Shown: piece after piece, positions 7,954-17,966 of the stretch
Layout of the letters: each line of letters starts with the position of its first letter
Numbering within the stretch: the stretch's first letter is position 1
NCBI GenBank assembly: GCA_029261925.1
Contig: JAJDAJ010000085.1
Span: 24,463-88,462, forward strand
Direction of reading: 5' to 3'
DNA: 64,000 nt
Source: Deltaproteobacteria bacterium
GTDB taxonomy: Bacteria; Myxococcota_A; UBA9160; SZUA-336
The notes under the pieces: model-generated
Told to the model about the DNA's origin: nothing
Seen by the model: only the letters and a program-made list of their open reading frames with translations
Databases searched by the model: none
Translations under genes and position numbers: made by a program

Positions 7954-9669
7954 ATGAGCGACGACCCGCATGCATACCTGGAGCAGGCCTGGAATGAGCT
8001 GACCGGGCCGGGGGGCAGCTTCGAGATCGAGCAGGTGAAGCTGCGCGGCACGGAGATCCGCAGCTACCGCACCGCGCCCGGGTCGATGCGCGACGTCTGG
8101 CTGGCGTCGCGTGCCCACGGCGAGCGCGGCTACCTGGTCTACGAGCAGGACCGCTGGAGCTACGACCAGGCGCACGGCGAGGTCGCGTCCATCGCGGCGT
8201 GGCTCGCGGACCAGGGCGTCGGTCCGGGCGACCGCGTGGCGCTGGCGATGCGCAACTACCCGGAGTGGATGCTGGTCTACTGGGCCGCGGTGTCCATGGG
8301 TGCGACCGCGATGGGCATGAACGCGTGGTGGACGGGACCCGAGATGGTCCAGGCGCTGGCCGAGGCCGCGCCGCGGGTCCTGTTCAGCGATCGCGAGCGG
8401 CTGGAGCGGCTCGAGCCGCACCTCGGCGAGCTGCCCGCAATGCAGCGCGTGGGCGTGCGCGTGCCGGAGCCGCTCGCCGACGGGGTGGTCCCGTACGCGG
8501 CGGTGCGCGCGCACGCGCCACTCCTGCCGGATGTGCGGCCCGATCCCGACTCCGACGCATGCATCTTCTACACCTCGGGGACGACCGGCGGTCCCAAGGG
8601 CGCCCGGCTGACGCACCGGGGCTGTGTCGCCAACCTGTGGAGCATCCTGTTCTGGGGTGCGGTCCAGGCGCGCGCGCGCGAGCTCGCCGGAGATTCGCCC
8701 CCGCCCCCCGCGCCGGGCGGAGGTGCCCAGCTCGTCTCCCTGGTCACCACGCCGCTGTTCCACGTCACGGCGAACAACTGCGTCGCGCAGATGATGACGC
8801 TCTCGGGCGGCAAGCTGGTCCTCATGTACCGCTGGGACGCGGGCCGCGCGCTGGAGCTGATCGAGCGCGAGCGCGTGACCAACCTGACGGGCGTGCCGAC
8901 CATGGTGCGCGAGCTGCTGGCGCATCCGGAGCTCGACGCGCACGACACCTCGAGCCTGAAGATGCTGGGTGGCGGCGGCGCGCCGTTCCAGCCCGACCTG
9001 GTGGACAAGGTCGAGGGTCGGCGCGGATCCGCGCGTGCGAACACCGGCTACGGCCTGACCGAGACCTCCGGGATCATCACGACCATCGCGGCGGACTACC
9101 TGGTCGACCGGCCGCAGAGCGTGGGAAGGGTGATGCCCTGCTTCGAGGCGCGCGTGGTCGACGACGCTGGCCGCGACGTGGCCCCGGGCGCTGCGGGCGA
9201 GCTCCTGGTCCGCGGTGCGCAGGTGATCGCGGGCTACCTGGAGCGCCCCGAAGCCACCGCCGAGGCGATCCGCGATGGCTGGCTGCACACCGGTGACGTC
9301 GCCCGGATCGACGCGCAGGGCTTCGTCTACATCGTGGATCGCATCAAGGACATGGTGCTGCGCGGGGGCGAGAACGTGTACTGCTCCGAGGTGGAGGCCG
9401 CGATCTTCGAGCACCCGGGCGTGGCCGAGTGCGCGGTCTTCGGCGTCCCCGACGAGCGGCTCGGCGAGGAGATCGGCGCCGCCGTCGTGCCGCACGGGGG
9501 CCACTCGCTCACGGCCGACGCGCTGCGCGCGCACTGCGCGGAGCGCCTGGCCGCGCACAAGATCCCCCGCCACATCTGGCTGCGCGACCAGGCGCTGCCG
9601 CGAAACGCCAACGGCAAGTTCCTCAAGCGGAAGCTGCGCGCCCAGCTCGACCCCGCCGACGCGAGCTGA
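7954..9669 (+). CDS. AMP-dependent acyl-CoA synthetase (fatty-acid-CoA ligase-like)
   Basis: ATG 7954 ('MSDDPHAY'); GTG 7933 is an alternative. Motifs: 'IFYTSGTTGGPKGA', 'GYGLTET', 'GWLHTGDVA', 'DRIKDMVLRGGENV', 'NGKFLKRKL'. Confidence 0.85.
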   Translation: MSDDPHAYLEQAWNELTGPGGSFEIEQVKLRGTEIRSYRTAPGSMRDVWLASRAHGERGYLVYEQDRWSYDQAHGEVASIAAWLADQGVGPGDRVALAMRNYPEWMLVYWAAVSMGATAMGMNAWWTGPEMVQALAEAAPRVLFSDRERLERLEPHLGELPAMQRVGVRVPEPLADGVVPYAAVRAHAPLLPDVRPDPDSDACIFYTSGTTGGPKGARLTHRGCVANLWSILFWGAVQARARELAGDSPPPPAPGGGAQLVSLVTTPLFHVTANNCVAQMMTLSGGKLVLMYRWDAGRALELIERERVTNLTGVPTMVRELLAHPELDAHDTSSLKMLGGGGAPFQPDLVDKVEGRRGSARANTGYGLTETSGIITTIAADYLVDRPQSVGRVMPCFEARVVDDAGRDVAPGAAGELLVRGAQVIAGYLERPEATAEAIRDGWLHTGDVARIDAQGFVYIVDRIKDMVLRGGENVYCSEVEAAIFEHPGVAECAVFGVPDERLGEEIGAAVVPHGGHSLTADALRAHCAERLAAHKIPRHIWLRDQALPRNANGKFLKRKLRAQLDPADAS

Positions 9670-9671
9670 GC

Positions 9672-10574
9672 ATGCAGCCGATCCGCTTCGACGGGCAGGT
9701 GGCGATCGTGACCGGCGCGGGCCGCGGCCTGGGCCGCGTCTACGCCGAGGACCTGGCGGCGCGCGGCGCGCGCGTGGTCGTGAACAGCCGCGCGCACGAG
9801 AGCGGCCCGCAGCCGGCCGAGGTCGTGGCGGCGGCGATCCGCGACTCCGGAGGCGAGGCGGTCGCCAGTCTCGACGCGGTCGAGGCCGACGGTGCCGGGG
9901 CGCGAATGGTCGAGCAGGCGCTCGACCTCTGGGGTCGGCTCGACGTGCTGATCTGCAACGCGGGCATCGGTCCCGCCCGGATGTTCCACCGCATGTCGCT
10001 CGACGAGGTGAGGAGGCTGGTCGACGTGAACCTCATGGGCACCCTGGCGCCGCTGCACGCCGCGCTGGGCCCGATGCGGGACGCCGGACGCGGACGCATC
10101 CTGGTCAACACCTCGAACGCCGGCGCCTTCGGCGGGGTCGGCTTCGCCGCCTACGCCGCGACCAAGTCGGCCATGCACGGGCTGGTCGCCTCGCTGGCCG
10201 AGGAGGGGCGCCCCCGCGGCGTGGGCATCAACGCCATCCTGCCCTTCGCCGACACGGAGATGGCGCACGCCGCGCTTGCCGACGCGTCGCTGCCCCCGGG
10301 CACGGCCGGGCGAATGACCCCCTCGGCGGTCGCCGCCGCGGCGATCTGGCTGGCCAGCGATGCTTGCCCCCTCAGCGGCGCGATCGTGGTCGCGGGGGGG
10401 CGCGCGTTCCGCCGCGCGAAGATGGTGCAGGGCCGCGGCATCGCCCTGAGCGATCCCACCCCCGAGAAGCTCGCCGAGCGCGCGGCGGAGATCGCCGCGA
10501 CCGACGAGCTCATCCTCTACGAGACCACGCCGGAGATGCTGCGCGACGTCGCCGCGCTCGCGATCGAGCCCTGA
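9672..10574 (+). CDS. SDR-family dehydrogenase, MFE-2/Hsd4A-like
   Basis: ATG 9672 lies 2 nt after the upstream stop. Motifs: 'IRFDGQVAIVTGAGRGLG' and the catalytic 'YAATKSA' (YxxxK). Confidence 0.85.
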   Translation: MQPIRFDGQVAIVTGAGRGLGRVYAEDLAARGARVVVNSRAHESGPQPAEVVAAAIRDSGGEAVASLDAVEADGAGARMVEQALDLWGRLDVLICNAGIGPARMFHRMSLDEVRRLVDVNLMGTLAPLHAALGPMRDAGRGRILVNTSNAGAFGGVGFAAYAATKSAMHGLVASLAEEGRPRGVGINAILPFADTEMAHAALADASLPPGTAGRMTPSAVAAAAIWLASDACPLSGAIVVAGGRAFRRAKMVQGRGIALSDPTPEKLAERAAEIAATDELILYETTPEMLRDVAALAIEP

Positions 10575-10590
10575 ACCGGCGGGCGATGCC

Positions 10591-11121
10591 TCAGGCGTCG
10601 AGCTCCTCGAGGAGCGCGTAGAGCACGTCGCCGCGGTCGCGCTGCCCGCGGCGCAGGCCCTCGCCGAGCGGCCACCAGCTCCCGCGCTCGTCCACCCGGG
10701 ACCACTCCGTCGTCGCCACGCGGCGCGCGATGCGCCAGGCGCCGTCGCGGCGCTCGAAGCGGTCGACGAAGCGGAAGCCCGTGACCAGGTTCAGCTCGGG
10801 CCGCGGGTCGTCGCTGCGATGAAAGGCCACGCCGTAGCTCTCCGAGACCGCCGCCGCGCCGCGCAGCTCGACCAGCACGTTCGCCACGCAGTGCATCGTC
10901 ACCGAGTAGCGCGCGAGCAGCCGGAAGGCCCAGTCGATGAACGCGTCGGCATCGCCCGAGAAGCTGCCGTGCTCGTCCGTGGCGCCGTCGTGGTAGCACG
11001 AACGCACCAGCTCGCGGTCCATGCGGTCGATCCCGCGGCAGTAGCGCAGCACCACGTCCTCGATCTCGCGTCGCGCCAGCAGCTCGTCCAGCGCTGCCTC
11101 CCTCGCGTCGGACGCAGCCAC
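10591..11121 (-). CDS. NTF2/SnoaL-like fold protein
   Basis: 'EIEDVVLRYCRGIDRMD...YHDGATDEHGSF...RRDGAWRIARR' follows the SnoaL-4-type pattern. The gene starts 6 nt downstream of the dehydrogenase gene stop. Confidence 0.7.
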   Translation of the reverse strand: MAASDAREAALDELLARREIEDVVLRYCRGIDRMDRELVRSCYHDGATDEHGSFSGDADAFIDWAFRLLARYSVTMHCVANVLVELRGAAAVSESYGVAFHRSDDPRPELNLVTGFRFVDRFERRDGAWRIARRVATTEWSRVDERGSWWPLGEGLRRGQRDRGDVLYALLEELDA

Positions 11122-11127
11122 GGCGGC

Positions 11128-11877
11128 CTACTTCTTCTTCCAGCCCTTGGTGGCGCCCTCGACCATGCCGTAGGGTCCGGCGGGCCAGCGGAAGCAGTCG
11201 ACCATGAGCTGGTTGATCTGCTCCTTGGTCGCGACCCCCTCGTCCACGACCCGGGCCGCCTCCTCGAGCATGGCGCGGTAGACGCGGTTGGCCACGTAGC
11301 CCCAGGCCATGGGGTTGTCGCGCACCACCACCGGGTTCTTGCCGCAGCGTCCGGCCAGCTCGCAGATCTTCTCCGTCACCTTCTCGTCGGTCCCGTCGGT
11401 CACGACGATCTCGGCGAGCTTCATGACCGGCGCGGGCGAGGCCCAGTGCCAGACGATGACCCGCTCCGGGCGGTCGGTGGCCGCGGAGAGTGCGGCGACG
11501 GGGAAGCCCGAGCTATTGGACGCCAGGATCGTCCCCGCGGGCGCCAGCCGGTCGAGGTCGCGGAACACGCGCAGCTTGAGGTCGAGGCGCTCGGGCACGC
11601 ACTCGATGACCACGTCGACGTTCGCCGCCTCCTCGAGGCTCTCGCTGAAGCGCAGCCGGGCCAGCGCCGCGTCGGCCTGCTCGCGCGTCAGCTTGCCGCG
11701 CTCCACGCCGCTGTCGAGTCCGAAGCGCCCGCTGGTGATCTCCTTGCGTGCCGCCTCCAGCGCCTCGGGGGAGATGTCGTAGCTGAGGGTCTCGAGTCCG
11801 GCGCTGGCCGTGGTCTGGGCGATTCCCGCGCCCATGACCCCGGCGCCGATCACGCCGATGCGGGGGTTGGCATCCAT
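11128..11877 (-). CDS. 3-hydroxyacyl-CoA dehydrogenase, NAD-binding (short form)
   Basis: Motifs: 'IGVIGAGVMGAGIA', 'VIECVPERLDLKLRVF', 'ASNSSG'. At 249 aa it is shorter than canonical enzymes. Confidence 0.85.
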   Translation of the reverse strand: MDANPRIGVIGAGVMGAGIAQTTASAGLETLSYDISPEALEAARKEITSGRFGLDSGVERGKLTREQADAALARLRFSESLEEAANVDVVIECVPERLDLKLRVFRDLDRLAPAGTILASNSSGFPVAALSAATDRPERVIVWHWASPAPVMKLAEIVVTDGTDEKVTEKICELAGRCGKNPVVVRDNPMAWGYVANRVYRAMLEEAARVVDEGVATKEQINQLMVDCFRWPAGPYGMVEGATKGWKKK

Positions 11878-11878
11878 C

Positions 11879-12214
11879 TCAGTCCTCCTCGCCGGGCAGC
11901 TCGACCCAGACCTCGTCGTTGACCACGCTCACGGGGAAGCAGGGCAGGGCCAGTCCTCCGCCGGAGCCCGGCGGCAGGCCGGTGCGCACGTCGAACTGCC
12001 AGTGGTGGGCCGCGCAGGTGACCACGCCGTCCTCGAAGAGCCCGTCGCTGAGCGGGTAGCCCGCATGGGGGCAGCAGTCGTCCATGGCGTAGAGCTCGTT
12101 CCCGACGCGGTACAGACCGATCTGTCGCTCGCCGGCGCTGACGCGCAGCCCGCGCCCGGGCGGGATGTCGTCCACGTGCGCCAGGCGCACGACCTCGCTG
12201 CTTCTCGGCGCCAC
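11879..12214 (-). CDS. Rieske [2Fe-2S] ferredoxin-type protein
   Basis: Rieske ligand motifs 'CPHAG' and 'CAAHHWQF'. The protein is 111 aa. Its stop lies 1 nt before the next start. Confidence 0.85.
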   Translation of the reverse strand: MAPRSSEVVRLAHVDDIPPGRGLRVSAGERQIGLYRVGNELYAMDDCCPHAGYPLSDGLFEDGVVTCAAHHWQFDVRTGLPPGSGGGLALPCFPVSVVNDEVWVELPGEED

Positions 12215-12269
12215 CGGCCGCGCTCCTCGCTGGGGTGCGGCCGCAGTCTATCGACGCCGGCGCCCCGGG

Positions 12270-12779
12270 TCAGGCGAGGCGGATCCCGTCCACCGAGAGG
12301 GCGCGCTCGCGTCCGGTGTCCCAGGCGATGTCGATGCGTACCACCTGGTCGGCCTCGCGCAGCACCGCGGCCACGGCCCACTCGGCGCGCCGCGCCTCGG
12401 GCCCGCAGCGATTGTGGCTCAGCTCCGAGGCCAGGCAGCGCCGGCACTGCAGCATCCCGCCCAGGCCGGCGTCGATCGCGTCGGAGCGATGCACCTCGGC
12501 GACCGCGGGGCGCCGCCGGCAGCTCTCGCAGACGCCCTCGTCCCGCGTCGCCTCGAGCTCGTCGAGCAGGTCCAGCACGATCTCGTGGTCGAGATCGTCG
12601 TCCGGCGGGGGCCCGGCCAGGACCGGAGCCGCCGGGCGGCGGCGCTCGAGGTAGGGCAGCAGGTCGATGAGTTCACCCAGGGGAAGATCCTCCTGCCCCC
12701 GGGGGAAAGCAGATGGCGTGCCAGGCCCGGGGGGCCGGGCCGGCCGTCCCGGGAGCGGGGTGGGCAGTCGGCTACCCAC
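12270..12779 (-). CDS. hypothetical acidic protein with four-Cys zinc-ribbon-like motif
   Basis: The frame has high GC3. Cys motifs are 'CESC' and 'CRRC'. The start is uncertain. GTG 12779 is the longest option. AGGAGGA (12688-12694) lies 7 nt upstream of an in-frame CTG (12680). Confidence 0.5.
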   Translation of the reverse strand: MGSRLPTPLPGRPARPPGPGTPSAFPRGQEDLPLGELIDLLPYLERRRPAAPVLAGPPPDDDLDHEIVLDLLDELEATRDEGVCESCRRRPAVAEVHRSDAIDAGLGGMLQCRRCLASELSHNRCGPEARRAEWAVAAVLREADQVVRIDIAWDTGRERALSVDGIRLA

Positions 12780-12821
12780 GACTGCGACGCGACCGCCACC
12801 GGCAGGGCGCCGGCAGCCGCA

Positions 12822-14687
<1,866 letters not shown>

Positions 14688-14748
14688 GCCATCGGTGCCG
14701 CCCGGATCCGACTCAAGCTGCCGGCCCCGACGGGGGGGCGCGGGCCCC

Positions 14749-14757
14749 TGCTAGAAT
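14749..14757 (+). promoter_or_regulatory. extended -10 element TGcTAGAAT (candidate promoter of the rhodanese/FG-GAP/HupE operon)
   Basis: 'tgctagaat' is an isolated AT-rich hexamer with an upstream TG, in an otherwise very GC-rich divergent intergenic region about 58 nt before the GTG start. I saw no good -35. Confidence 0.3.
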
Positions 14758-14814
14758 GGCGCTCCTGGGCGTGAACGGCGCCCGTGGCAGCCCCCGCCAC
14801 AGTGGCCGGGGAGC

Positions 14815-15684
14815 GTGTCCCGGCGCCGTGGCGCACGCCCCTGCGGGCCTTTCGTGCACCGGATCGAGCCGATCATCCTGTCTGCCCTCGTCGCGCTGGC
14901 GCTCGCCGCGCCGCGTCCTGCCCCGGCGCTCGATGCGCCGGGGGCCTCCTGTGGCCCCGGGCCGGCGGCAGGCGACCTGCGCCAGGTGCGCAACTCGAGC
15001 TGCTACGTCGGCGCTGGCGAGCTGGCGCGCTGGCGGCGGGACGAGGAGCTGGTCATCGTCGACCTGCGCGAGGCCGACGCCTACCGCCGCGTCCGCATTC
15101 CGGGCTCGATCCATCTCACCCCGGCCCAGCTGCGCGAGCGGTCGTACCTGCGGGACCGGCACGTGCTGCTGGTGGACCGCGGCCATCTCGGCGCGCCGCT
15201 CGAGCGGGTCTGCCGGGAGCTGCGCGGCCGCGGCTGGACGTCGGTCGGCATCCTCGAGGGCGGGCTCAACGCCTGGGCGCGCACCATGGGGGATCTGGAG
15301 GGAGACCGCCTGGCACGGCGCGGGATCAACCGCATCCCGGCCCGCGACTTCGCCGACGTCTCCCGCTACGAGCACTGGGTGGTGATCGACGTCTCGCGCA
15401 GCCCCACGCCGGACCTCGACAGCCTGGTGCCGGGCGCTGCACGCGTCCCCCGGCGCGGAGACGAGGTCGCGTTCCGGCGCGAGCTGATCGAGCGCATACG
15501 CACGGAGACCGACGGGCTGCCGGGGGCCTTCGTCGCGATCGTGGACCGCGACGGCCGCCGCTACGAGGACGTCGAGCGGGCGCTGCACGCGCTCGGTGTC
15601 GTGCACGTGTTCCTGCTCGACGGCGGAATCGAGGCCTACCGGCGCCACCTCGAGCAGGAGCGCCGGGCCTGCGAGGCGTCCTGA
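14815..15684 (+). CDS. secreted protein with two rhodanese-homology domains lacking the catalytic Cys
   Basis: GTG 14815 has GGGGAG just upstream. Signal peptide 'IILSALVALALAAPRPAPA'. The two domains read 'VIVDLREADAYRRVRIPGSIH...LLVDRGHLGAP...GGLNAW' and 'VVIDVS...AIVDRDGRRY...LLDGGIEAY'. Confidence 0.75.
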   Translation: MSRRRGARPCGPFVHRIEPIILSALVALALAAPRPAPALDAPGASCGPGPAAGDLRQVRNSSCYVGAGELARWRRDEELVIVDLREADAYRRVRIPGSIHLTPAQLRERSYLRDRHVLLVDRGHLGAPLERVCRELRGRGWTSVGILEGGLNAWARTMGDLEGDRLARRGINRIPARDFADVSRYEHWVVIDVSRSPTPDLDSLVPGAARVPRRGDEVAFRRELIERIRTETDGLPGAFVAIVDRDGRRYEDVERALHALGVVHVFLLDGGIEAYRRHLEQERRACEAS

Positions 15685-17916
15685 GTGGCGTCCCGAGGGC
15701 TGCTCCCGGTCTGCAGCGCCCTGCTGGCCTGGGCCGCGGGCCCGGCGGCCCACGCCGCGGGTCCGGAGCTGTTTCCCGACGCGCCGATCGGTATCACCAG
15801 CGCCGCGAGCGGCGCGCGCGCCGTGGCGGTCGGCGACCTCGATGGCGATGGCTGGGTCGACGTGCTGTCCGCCTCGTACGTGGACGGCCGCATCGCCTGG
15901 TACCGCAACGGCGGGCAGGGCCGCCTCTGGTCGGCGCACACGCTCAGCCGCGAGGCGCCCGGGGCCACCCGCGTGGAGGCCGCGGACCTCGACGCCGACG
16001 GCGATCTCGACGTGCTGTGCACGGCGCAGGGCGACGACGCGATCTTCTGGCTGCGCAACGAGGGCGGGGCGCGCGAGTGGACGCGGCACGAGATCTCTCG
16101 ACGGGTGCGGGACGCACAGGTGGTGGCCGTGGGCGACATCGACGCCGACGGCGATCTCGACGTGATCTCGACCTCGGAGCGGGGGCAGATCGCCTGGTAC
16201 GAGAACCCCGGCGCCGACGGAGCCTGGGCCACGCACCCGCTACCGGGACGTTTCGGCGACGTTCGCGAGATCGTGGCCCTCGACGTGGACGGCGACGGCG
16301 ACGCGGATCTCGCGGTCGCGGCGCTGCAGCGCCACGCCGTCGTCTGGCTGGAGAACCGCGCCGGCGACGGCACGGCCTGGGTCGAGCGCGACGTGGGCGG
16401 TCCGCTGGCGGCGCCCGCCACGCTGGCGCACGGCGATCTCGACGGCGACGGTCGCGTCGACCTGATCGTGGCCGGCGCCGGCGACGGCCGCCTGACGTGG
16501 CTGCGCAACGCCACGCTGCGTCGCCAGCCCTCGTTCCGGCCCGGCGCGGCGCTGCCCGCGCAGCTCCCCGCGCCCAGCGACCTGCACGTGGACGACGTGG
16601 ACGGGGACGGCGACCTCGACGTGATCTCCGCATCGTATGCCGACGACCGCGTGACCTGGTTCGAGAACGTGGACGGCGCCGCGGGCCGCTGGCACGCGCG
16701 GGCGATCAGCATCCGCGTGAACGGCGCGGTAGCCCTGGCCGCGGCAGATGTCGACGGCGACGGCGACCTGGACGTGGTCTCGGCGGCCGATCTGGACAGC
16801 GAGATCGCCTGGCACGAGAACCGGGGTCCCGCTGCCCGCAGCTGGCGCGCGCACGCCATCACGACCGCCGCGCGCGGGGCGCGCTCGGTGGTCGGAGTCG
16901 ATGTCGACGGCGACGGCGACATCGATGTGGTCTCCGCCTCGACCAACGACGACAAGATCGCCTGGTACGAGAACACCCTCGGCGATGGCACGCTCTGGGT
17001 CGAGCGGGTCATCACGCTGGCCGCAAACGGCGCCTTCTCGGTCTGGGCGGGCGACGTCGACGGCGACGGCGACGCCGACGTGCTCGCGGCCTCGTCGTTC
17101 GACGACCGGATCGTCTGCCACGTGAACCTGGACGGACGGGGCACGCGCTGGGACTCGCGCCTGGTCAGCGCGAACGCCGGCGGGGCATCGGCGGTCTTCG
17201 GTGCGGACGTGGACGGCGACGGCGACGTCGACGTGCTGGCCGCCTCCGACTTCGACGCGAAGGTCGCCTGGCACGAGAACCTGGGGGGCGCGACACGCTG
17301 GCGCGAGCGCGTGATCTCGACGTCGGCCAGTGGCGCCACCTCGGTCTACGCTGCCGATCTGGACGGCGACGGCCGGCTCGACGTGCTCAGCGCCTCGCGC
17401 TTCGACCACCGGATCGCCTGGTACCGCAACGTCTCGGGTGACGGCAGTGCCTGGCGTGAGCACGAGATCTCGGACCGGGCGCGGGGCGCCACATCGGTCT
17501 GCGCGGCGGACATCGACGGGGACGGCGACGTCGACGTGCTCTCGAGCTCGCGCGGCGACGACGGCATCGCCTGGTACGAGAACGTTCGGGGCGACGGGAG
17601 CGTGCTGCGCGCGAGCATGATCAGCTCGGACTCCGATGGTCCGACGCAGGTCGTGGCGGCCGACGTCGACGGGGACGGCGACCTCGACGTGCTCGGGGCC
17701 TCGCGCTTCGACGACGGGGTGCGCTGGTTCGAGAACCGCAGCTCCGACGGGCGAAGCTGGACCCCGTGGCGGGTGACGAGCCGCGCGCGCGGCGCCACCG
17801 GCGTCTGGGCGGGCGATGTCGACGGCGACGGCCGGGTCGACGTGATCTCCTCGTCGGCCGGCGACGACAAGCTGGCGTGGTACCGCAACCGCGCGCCGGA
17901 GGTCGTGGCGCCCTAG
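15685..17916 (+). CDS. secreted FG-GAP/VCBS repeat protein, 14 blades
   Basis: GTG 15685 directly abuts the upstream TGA. Signal peptide 'LLPVCSALLAWAAGPAAHA'. There are 14 copies of 'DxDGDGxxDV(L/I)SAS...(I)AWYEN...W..H.I', for example 'AADVDGDGDLDVVSAADLDSEIAWHEN'. Confidence 0.85.
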   Translation: MASRGLLPVCSALLAWAAGPAAHAAGPELFPDAPIGITSAASGARAVAVGDLDGDGWVDVLSASYVDGRIAWYRNGGQGRLWSAHTLSREAPGATRVEAADLDADGDLDVLCTAQGDDAIFWLRNEGGAREWTRHEISRRVRDAQVVAVGDIDADGDLDVISTSERGQIAWYENPGADGAWATHPLPGRFGDVREIVALDVDGDGDADLAVAALQRHAVVWLENRAGDGTAWVERDVGGPLAAPATLAHGDLDGDGRVDLIVAGAGDGRLTWLRNATLRRQPSFRPGAALPAQLPAPSDLHVDDVDGDGDLDVISASYADDRVTWFENVDGAAGRWHARAISIRVNGAVALAAADVDGDGDLDVVSAADLDSEIAWHENRGPAARSWRAHAITTAARGARSVVGVDVDGDGDIDVVSASTNDDKIAWYENTLGDGTLWVERVITLAANGAFSVWAGDVDGDGDADVLAASSFDDRIVCHVNLDGRGTRWDSRLVSANAGGASAVFGADVDGDGDVDVLAASDFDAKVAWHENLGGATRWRERVISTSASGATSVYAADLDGDGRLDVLSASRFDHRIAWYRNVSGDGSAWREHEISDRARGATSVCAADIDGDGDVDVLSSSRGDDGIAWYENVRGDGSVLRASMISSDSDGPTQVVAADVDGDGDLDVLGASRFDDGVRWFENRSSDGRSWTPWRVTSRARGATGVWAGDVDGDGRVDVISSSAGDDKLAWYRNRAPEVVAP

Positions 17917-17966
17917 TCGTCGGTGCCGGCCGCCCGGCCCGGCGCGAGCTGCTAGCCTGCGCGGCC

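Noticed and set aside
6289-9573. Very long antisense ORFs in the track. Examples: 6289-9573 minus (1094 aa), 12165-14774 plus (869 aa), 23555-26431 minus (958 aa), 59406-62279 plus (957 aa).
   Set aside because: Their translations are Arg/Ala/Pro/Gly-rich low-complexity strings with no family motifs. They lie opposite genes with clear signatures. Such open antisense frames are expected at about 70% GC.
15685-17916. Regularly spaced DNA repeats ('gacgtcgacggcgacggcgacctcgacgtg' about every 165 nt), considered as a CRISPR-like or tandem non-coding array.
   Set aside because: They are in frame and encode the DxDGDGxxDV Ca-binding loops of 14 FG-GAP blades. The intervening sequence is coding and conserved in pattern, and the repeats are not identical.
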